From Anaeromyxobacteraceae bacterium (GTDB lineage: Bacteria; Myxococcota; Myxococcia; Myxococcales; Anaeromyxobacteraceae), in assembly GCA_047602405.1 (NCBI GenBank), contig JASGHJ010000002.1, positions 2,880,001 to 2,944,000 on the forward strand: 64,000 nt of DNA. Reading direction: 5' to 3'. The notes beneath the pieces are model-generated. The model did not search any database, was not told the DNA's origin, and was given only the letters and a program-made list of their open reading frames with translations. Position numbers and translations under genes: made by a program. Below are positions 57,982-64,000 of this stretch, piece after piece (positions within the stretch are counted from its first letter, which is position 1; each line of letters starts with the position of its first letter).

Positions 57982-59331
57982 TCACTCCCGTCCAGGGAGC
58001 TGGTCATACCGCCTTCCGGCCGCCTCCGCGACCTTCCCGAGATCGTCCGCCGACGCCCGGTCGTGCGCGCCCCCGGGCCCGCGGTCCGCGTAGAGCACGT
58101 TCACGATCCGTCCGTCGCAGAGGATCGGCACCGCCACCCCGCCCAGCGGCGGGCCGCCGCCGATGGCCTGGACGAGCTTCCAGTCGGCCTCGACGTGCGC
58201 GAGCGGCCCGTCGACCGTCATGCCGTGGAGGACCGCGGCCGAGACGATGCCCGGGTCGCCGAGCGGGAGGAGGAGCGTGCGGAGCGCCTCGGCGCCGACC
58301 CCCGGGGCCCGGCCGTCGATGGCGCACGCGAGGCCGTTGTCGAGGCGGAAGAGCACGGTCCGGTAGAACCGGCCGGCGGCGTGGCGGAGCAGGATGCCGA
58401 GCACGGCCTCGCGGTCGCGGGCGGCCGCCATGGCGGTGAGCGAGACCTGCAGGTCCACCGGCCACTCGGCCGGGGGCTCGCCCGGACGCACCGGCACGGC
58501 GGGCGGCTCGCCGCGGTCGAGCGCGAGCTTCGCCAGGAGGTCGCGGGTGAAGGAGGGCAGCTCGAGCGGCGGCGGCTCCGGGCGGCCGCGCGGCGGCGGG
58601 GCCTCCACGGGCTCCCCCTCGAGCGGCGCGTCCTCGGCCTCCCCGGGCCCGGAGAGGTCGAGCGCCGGCACGCCGCCGGGGAGCGGCGGCGTGGGCGCGT
58701 CCACGAGGGCCCGGCCGGCCGGCGGGGCCACCACCGGCTCCTCGTCCTCGCCGGCGAGGCCGAGCAGCGCCGGGCCATCCTGATCGACCACCTGCCCGGT
58801 CACGGCGTCGAACGCGCGGGCCCGCGGCGCGCGCGCGGCGCCGGGCGCCTCGGAGGGCGCGCGCGGCCGGAGGATCCCGGAGCGCATCGCCACCGCGCGC
58901 AGGTGGCGGTCCACCCGGTAGTGCGCGCGGAGCAGGTGCGCGAGGCGGGTCTCGGTGACCACCGCCGGCGCCACCTGCTTGCCTGACACGAAGGAGATCT
59001 CGTCGAGCAGGCCCAGCGCCCCGGGCTCGATGCAGCAGACGGTGAGCCGCCGGCCCTCGACCCGGTACGGCACCGCGTTGCAGCGGTCGGCGAGGTCGGC
59101 CGGCACGAGCGCGAGCGCGGCCGGGTCGGGGGTGAGGTCGTCGCCCGCGAGCCAGGGCACGCCGTACTTCGCCCCCAGCACCTCGGCGAGGTCCTCCTCG
59201 CGCACGGCGCCCGCCTCGATGAGGTTCGTGCCCAGGCGGCCGCCGAACAGCACCTGGTTCTCGAGGGCCGCGTGGAGGCCCTCGAGCGTGCACGCGTTCC
59301 TCGCGAGCAGCATGTCGCCGATGCGCCGCAT
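57982..59331 (-). CDS. MshEN/GspE-N domain protein with Pro-rich linker and GAF-like C-terminus
   Basis: RIGDMLL...RLGTNLIEAG tandem motifs, AVPYRVEGRRL; C-terminal VPILCDGRIVNVLYAD. Confidence 0.8.
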   Translation of the reverse strand: MRRIGDMLLARNACTLEGLHAALENQVLFGGRLGTNLIEAGAVREEDLAEVLGAKYGVPWLAGDDLTPDPAALALVPADLADRCNAVPYRVEGRRLTVCCIEPGALGLLDEISFVSGKQVAPAVVTETRLAHLLRAHYRVDRHLRAVAMRSGILRPRAPSEAPGAARAPRARAFDAVTGQVVDQDGPALLGLAGEDEEPVVAPPAGRALVDAPTPPLPGGVPALDLSGPGEAEDAPLEGEPVEAPPPRGRPEPPPLELPSFTRDLLAKLALDRGEPPAVPVRPGEPPAEWPVDLQVSLTAMAAARDREAVLGILLRHAAGRFYRTVLFRLDNGLACAIDGRAPGVGAEALRTLLLPLGDPGIVSAAVLHGMTVDGPLAHVEADWKLVQAIGGGPPLGGVAVPILCDGRIVNVLYADRGPGGAHDRASADDLGKVAEAAGRRYDQLPGRE

Positions 59332-59339
59332 CCGCCCCC

Positions 59340-60755
59340 TCAGGCCCTCCCCGGCTTCGTGAGCCGCGCGGGATCCAGGACCCGGCGCGCCTCCGCCGAA
59401 CGCAGCGTACCGGTCTCCACGGCCACCTCGCGAATCCCACGGCCGCTCGACAGCGAGGTCTTCACGATCTCCGCGGCACGGACATACCCGATCCGTGGGG
59501 CGAGCGCGGTCGCGAGGCTCACCGTCCGCTCCGCGTAGTCATTGCAGCGAGCGGTGTCGGCCTCGAGCCCGCGGGCGCAGCGGTGGTCGAACGTGTGCAC
59601 CGCGGCGGCGAGCACCTCCATCGCGTGGCAGAGGTCGAAGGCCACGAGCGGCATCATGACGTTGAGCTCGAGCTGGCCCGCCGCGGCGGCCCAGGCGATG
59701 GCGCCGTCGAGGCCGATGACCTGGTACGACACCATCGAGAGCATCTCGGCCATCGAGGGGTTCACCTTGCCCGGCATGATCGACGAGCCGGGCTGGACCG
59801 CCGGCAGCCGGAGCTCGCCGAGCCCGGTGGCCGGGCCGCTCCCGAGGAGCCGCACGTCGCCCGACAGGCGCACGAGCTCGAGCGCGGCGACCCGGAGCGC
59901 GCCCGAGAGCGCCGCGAAGGGCGCGAGCGACTGCATCGCGTAGAACGGGTTCGGGTGCGGCTGCAGCGGGATGCCGGTGAGCTTCTCCAGCTCCTTCGCG
60001 GCGAGCGCGGCGTAGCGCGGGTGGGCGTTCACGCCGGTGCCGACGGCGGTGCCGCCGAGGCCGACGAGCGAGAGCTCCGGGAGCACGTCGCGGATCCGCC
60101 GCGCGGCGTTCCGGACCGCCGCCGCCCAGCCCGAGACCTCCTGGCCGAGCCGGATGGGCGTCGCGTCCATGAGGTGCGTGCGGCCCGACTTCACCACGCG
60201 GTCCCAGGCCTTCGCCTTCTTCTCGAAGGTGCCGGCGAGGTCGGAGAGCGCGGCGAGCAGCGGCGGCGCGAGCTCCAGGGCGGCGAGCCGGATCGCGGTC
60301 GGCACGACGTCGTTCGTCGACTGCGCCATGTTGACGTCGTCGTTCGGGTCGACCGCCGCGCGGTCCCCGCGCGTCCGCCCGAGGAGCTCGGCGGCCCGGT
60401 TCGCGAGCACCTCGTTGACGTTCATGTGGTGCGAGGTGCCGGCGCCGGCCTGGTACACGTCGACGACGAACTGCTCGCGGTGGTGGCCGGCGAGCACCTC
60501 CCGCGCGGCCGCCTCGATGGCGCGCGCCTTCACCCTAGGTAACAGGCCCAGCCTCGCGTTCGCACGCGCGGCGGCGATCTTGATCCGCACCGTCGCGTCC
60601 ACGAACGCCGGGTGGGCGACGAGCCCGGAGATCGGGAAGTTCTCGACCGCGCGCGCCGTCTGCGCGCCGTAGAGCGCCGCCGCCGGGACGCGCAGCTCGC
60701 CCATCGTGTCGCGCTCGGTCCGCGTGCGCGGACGGCGCCCCCCCTGCTTGGCCAT
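59340..60755 (-). CDS. aspartate ammonia-lyase / class II fumarate hydratase family lyase
   Basis: LYGAQTARA, QAGAGTS, NMAQSTND, KSGRTHLMDA, GSSIMPGKVNP. Confidence 0.93.
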   Translation of the reverse strand: MAKQGGRRPRTRTERDTMGELRVPAAALYGAQTARAVENFPISGLVAHPAFVDATVRIKIAAARANARLGLLPRVKARAIEAAAREVLAGHHREQFVVDVYQAGAGTSHHMNVNEVLANRAAELLGRTRGDRAAVDPNDDVNMAQSTNDVVPTAIRLAALELAPPLLAALSDLAGTFEKKAKAWDRVVKSGRTHLMDATPIRLGQEVSGWAAAVRNAARRIRDVLPELSLVGLGGTAVGTGVNAHPRYAALAAKELEKLTGIPLQPHPNPFYAMQSLAPFAALSGALRVAALELVRLSGDVRLLGSGPATGLGELRLPAVQPGSSIMPGKVNPSMAEMLSMVSYQVIGLDGAIAWAAAAGQLELNVMMPLVAFDLCHAMEVLAAAVHTFDHRCARGLEADTARCNDYAERTVSLATALAPRIGYVRAAEIVKTSLSSGRGIREVAVETGTLRSAEARRVLDPARLTKPGRA

Positions 60756-60764
60756 GTCCCCGTT

Positions 60765-61466
60765 CTAAGGGACGGCGAGCCTGGAGGCCAGCCTTCGCAG
60801 CGCCAGCTCCGTCTTCGCGTCCTCGATCTCGCCCGCCTCGCAGGCGCTCAGGGCAGCCCCGAGGCCGCGCCAGGTCAGCAGGGCGCCCTCCTCCAGGGGT
60901 GAACCGTCCCCGGGGCCCGGCGCGTCGTAGGTATCCGGTCCAACGTTCGGCTTCTCCACCTCCACCTCGAGGAGGTGGATCTTCTCGGAGACGATGCCCG
61001 GCAGCGGGAAGAAGGGCCCGCCCAGCCTCAGGAGGCGCGAGGGCTCGACGGTGAGGCCGGCCTCCTCGTGCAGCTCGTCGGCGCCGCGCCGCTGCAGCGC
61101 CTCGAAGCCGAGCTCGCCCGGCTCGAGCACGCCGGCGACGAGCTCCTCCACGAGCAGGTACTCGGGCTCCGGCAGCACCGGCGTCCGGCCGCGGCGGAAG
61201 TACGCCGCCGGCCTGAGGCCGCGGCGGGTGAGGACCTCGATGCCGTCCCCCGGGGCGCCGGTGCGGGCCGCGGTCCGAGCCCAGACGCAGACCGCGACGG
61301 CGTCGAGCGTCGGGCGGTCCACGAGATCGATCGGGTAGGTGCGCGAGCACGTGCCGTCGGCGTGGCGGTTGCGCGCGGTGAGGCGCTTCAGGCGCAGGAA
61401 CCCCTCGTCCAGGCGGGCACGGTGGGTGTAGTCCTCGACGACCTCGATCGCGGCGACGCGGGGCAT
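60765..61466 (-). CDS. NUDIX hydrolase (ADP-sugar pyrophosphatase-like)
   Basis: ELVAGVLEPGE...ADELHEEAG NUDIX box, EDAKT. Confidence 0.85.
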   Translation of the reverse strand: MPRVAAIEVVEDYTHRARLDEGFLRLKRLTARNRHADGTCSRTYPIDLVDRPTLDAVAVCVWARTAARTGAPGDGIEVLTRRGLRPAAYFRRGRTPVLPEPEYLLVEELVAGVLEPGELGFEALQRRGADELHEEAGLTVEPSRLLRLGGPFFPLPGIVSEKIHLLEVEVEKPNVGPDTYDAPGPGDGSPLEEGALLTWRGLGAALSACEAGEIEDAKTELALRRLASRLAVP

Positions 61467-61735
61467 GGGGAGAAGGTACCCCCGAACCCGGCGCGGCGCG
61501 GTGCGGCGCGCCCGGCGCGAGGGTCCACGGAACCGGGTCTATGCAACCCCGGGTTCGGGCGGTCGAACCTTACGCCCGCGCCCGGTGAAGACCCGACACG
61601 CATAACCCCCCGCCGGGACGCGACTCCGCCTCCGCGCGCCCGGGGTCTCGCTGGCTCCGCTCGTGCAACGCTCACGCGCACCCTGCCCCACCGCGGCCAC
61701 CACGGCGCGCGGCCACGGCTGGACGGACTCAACCC

Positions 61736-64000
61736 ATGACCCTCCGCACGCGCATCCTCCTCCTGATCGGCCTGTTCGGCCTCGGCTTCGCGGTCCTCAC
61801 GTTCGTCGAGCTGGGCCGCCTCGAGCGCGTCGCCCTCGGGCTCGCGATCCTCGCGCTGACGGGCGTCGCGGCCTGGCGGATCGACCTCAGGCTGCGCCGC
61901 ACCTTCGGCGCGCTCGGCGGCCAGCTCTCCCTCGCGGAGGCGGCGATCTCGCGCGGGCAGCTGTCGTACCGGGCCCGGCCGGAGGCGGTCGACGAGGAGT
62001 TCCGGCCGCTCGTCGCCGGCCTCAACCACACCCTCGACGCGTTCGAGGCGCCCATCCGCGAGGCCGCCCGCGTCATCGGCGACATCGCGAACGGCCAGCC
62101 GCTCACGCCGGTCACCGCCCGGTACCAGGGCGACTTCGACGCCCTCAGGGACGACCTCAACGAGGTCGTCTCGATGGTGCTGGCGCGCGGCAGGGAGATC
62201 GACCGCCTGCTCGCGAGCGCCGTCGAGGGCAAGCTCGACGTCCGCGGCAACGCCGCCCTGTTCAAGGGCGCCAACAACAAGGTCGTCGCCGGCATCAACG
62301 GCATGCTCGACGCGCTCGTGCGGCCGCTGCAGGCCTCCGCGCAGGTCGTCGCGGCCATCTCCCGCGGCGAGCTCCCGCCCCGCATGCAGGGCGAGGCGCG
62401 CGGCGAGTTCGCCGTGCTGAACGAGAACCTCAACGCCTGCATCGACTCGGTCAACGCGCTCGTCGCCGACACCCGCGCGCTCGCCGACGGGGCGATCGCG
62501 GGCAGGCTCGAGGTGCGCGCCGACGCGACCCGGCACCGCGGCGACTTCAGGAAGATCGTCGAGGGCGTCAACGCCACGCTCGACGCGCTCGTGGGCCCGC
62601 TCCAGAAGGCGGCCGACGCCTTCGACCGGATCTCCCGCGGCGACGTGCCCTCACCCATCACCGAGGAATGGCGGGGCGACTTCAGGAAGGTGCGGGAGAG
62701 CCTCAACACCTCGATCGCCGCGATCACCCGGCTGGTCAACGACAGCTCCGCGCTCGTGGACGGCGCGGTCAACGGCCACCTCTCGATGCGGGCCGACGCG
62801 AAGGCGCACCAGGGCGACTTCGCCGCGATCATGGACGGCATGAACCGCACGCTCGACGCGGTGATCGCGCCGGTGGCGGAGGCGGACAAGGTCCTCTCGG
62901 AGCTCGCGAAGCGCAACCTGAAGGCGCGCGTGACCGGCGCCTACCGCGGCGAGCACGCCCGCATCAAGCGCTCCACGAACGCGACCGCGCAGGCGCTCCA
63001 CGACGCGCTCCTGCAGGTGGCGGGTGGCACCGAGCAGGTCTCCTCTGCGGCCACGCAGATCGCGGCGTCCTCGCAGGCGGTCGCGGCGGGCGCGTCCGAG
63101 CAGGCGGCCGCCATCCAGGCCTCCTCCGAGAGCCTGGTGTCGGTCACATCCATCACCGAGCAGGCCGCCGGCGACGCGCAGAAGGCGAACGCGCTCGCGC
63201 GCGAGGCCCGCACCTCGGCGGAGGACGGCGCGAAGTCGATGGACGAGATGCAGGCCACGATGAACCGCATCCGCGCCTCCGCCGAGAGCACCTCGCAGAT
63301 CATCAAGGACATCAACGAGATCGCGTTCCAGACCAACCTGCTCGCCCTCAACGCCGCGGTCGAGGCCGCGCGCGCCGGCGAGGCCGGGCGCGGCTTCGCG
63401 GTCGTCGCCGAGGAGGTCCGCTCGCTCGCGCTGCGCGCGAAGGAGGCGGCGCAGAAGACCGAGGGGCTCATCAAGCAGTCGGTCACGCAGGCGGGCCACG
63501 GCGAGGAGATGTCCCGGCAGGTCACGACGAAGCTCGCCGACATCGTCTCGGGCATCGGCAAGGTCTCCCAGATCGTCGACACCATCGCCTCGGCGGCGAA
63601 GGTGCAGAAGTCCGGCATCGACCAGGTCTCGAAGGCCGTCTCCGAGATGGACAAGGTCACCCAGCAGAACGCGGCGTCGGCGGAGGAGTCCTCCTCGGCC
63701 GCCTCCGAGCTCTCCGCCCAGGCCGACGAGCTCGCCGAGATGGTGTCGAGCTTCCAGCTCGACCGCGAGCAGAAGGCGCTCGTCGTCGGGGGCAACGGCA
63801 CGCGCTCGGACGACGAGGACGACGACTCCACGCTGGTGTGGACGCCGGCCATCGCCGTCGGCCACCACGACATCGACACGCAGCACCAGGAGCTGTTCCG
63901 CCGCCTCGGCCAGCTCCTCGACGCGGTGCGGTCGGGGCGCAGCGCCGAGATCGGCCGCCTCTTCGACTTCCTCGGCGTCTACTGCGTCGACCACTTCGGC
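61736..64000 (+). CDS. methyl-accepting chemotaxis protein with poly-HAMP and C-terminal hemerythrin (3' end runs off the window)
   Basis: Two N-terminal TMs, repeated G(D/E)F...NxTLD HAMP units, [34 protein letters not shown], then [20 protein letters not shown]...DHF. Confidence 0.92.
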   Translation, partial: MTLRTRILLLIGLFGLGFAVLTFVELGRLERVALGLAILALTGVAAWRIDLRLRRTFGALGGQLSLAEAAISRGQLSYRARPEAVDEEFRPLVAGLNHTLDAFEAPIREAARVIGDIANGQPLTPVTARYQGDFDALRDDLNEVVSMVLARGREIDRLLASAVEGKLDVRGNAALFKGANNKVVAGINGMLDALVRPLQASAQVVAAISRGELPPRMQGEARGEFAVLNENLNACIDSVNALVADTRALADGAIAGRLEVRADATRHRGDFRKIVEGVNATLDALVGPLQKAADAFDRISRGDVPSPITEEWRGDFRKVRESLNTSIAAITRLVNDSSALVDGAVNGHLSMRADAKAHQGDFAAIMDGMNRTLDAVIAPVAEADKVLSELAKRNLKARVTGAYRGEHARIKRSTNATAQALHDALLQVAGGTEQVSSAATQIAASSQAVAAGASEQAAAIQASSESLVSVTSITEQAAGDAQKANALAREARTSAEDGAKSMDEMQATMNRIRASAESTSQIIKDINEIAFQTNLLALNAAVEAARAGEAGRGFAVVAEEVRSLALRAKEAAQKTEGLIKQSVTQAGHGEEMSRQVTTKLADIVSGIGKVSQIVDTIASAAKVQKSGIDQVSKAVSEMDKVTQQNAASAEESSSAASELSAQADELAEMVSSFQLDREQKALVVGGNGTRSDDEDDDSTLVWTPAIAVGHHDIDTQHQELFRRLGQLLDAVRSGRSAEIGRLFDFLGVYCVDHFG

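Noticed and set aside
61481..61559. Riboswitch upstream of the MCP (CCCGAACCCGG/CCGGGTTCGGG inverted repeat)
   Set aside because: No recognisable c-di-GMP or other aptamer consensus; a single GC-rich stem is weak evidence

Overview
Very GC-rich chromosomal window from a myxobacterium, most likely Anaeromyxobacter-like (MYXO-CTERM proteins, a myxosortase-like protease, an MshEN protein, a GlnRS-YqeY fusion). From left to right: partial Hsp70, a class II GATase-like gene, dgt, and a myxosortase-like protease divergent from a 1772-aa Cys-rich/IPT surface protein that carries an internal MYXO-CTERM immediately followed by an internal lipoprotein signal. Next is an ~800-bp intergenic region holding two inverted copies of a ~250-nt rod-like palindrome with compensatory base changes. 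An ~18-kb beta-glucoside uptake locus follows (AraC, four tandem GH3 lipoproteins of which one lacks the catalytic residues, a porin, an EIIA-HPr-EI fusion and PtsG). The rest holds membrane-modification genes, amrB, a MYXO-CTERM metalloprotease, gltX, glnS-YqeY, an HNH/DUF222-like nuclease behind a REP-like hairpin, PilZ, DUF1501/DUF1800, REC-EAL, tRNA-Glu(CTC), tRNA-Gln(CTG), an aspartase/fumarase-family lyase, a NUDIX hydrolase and a partial MCP-hemerythrin. Eight single-base frameshifts, one of them in gltX, look like sequencing or assembly errors. All calls are from motif recognition by eye; no database searches were run.
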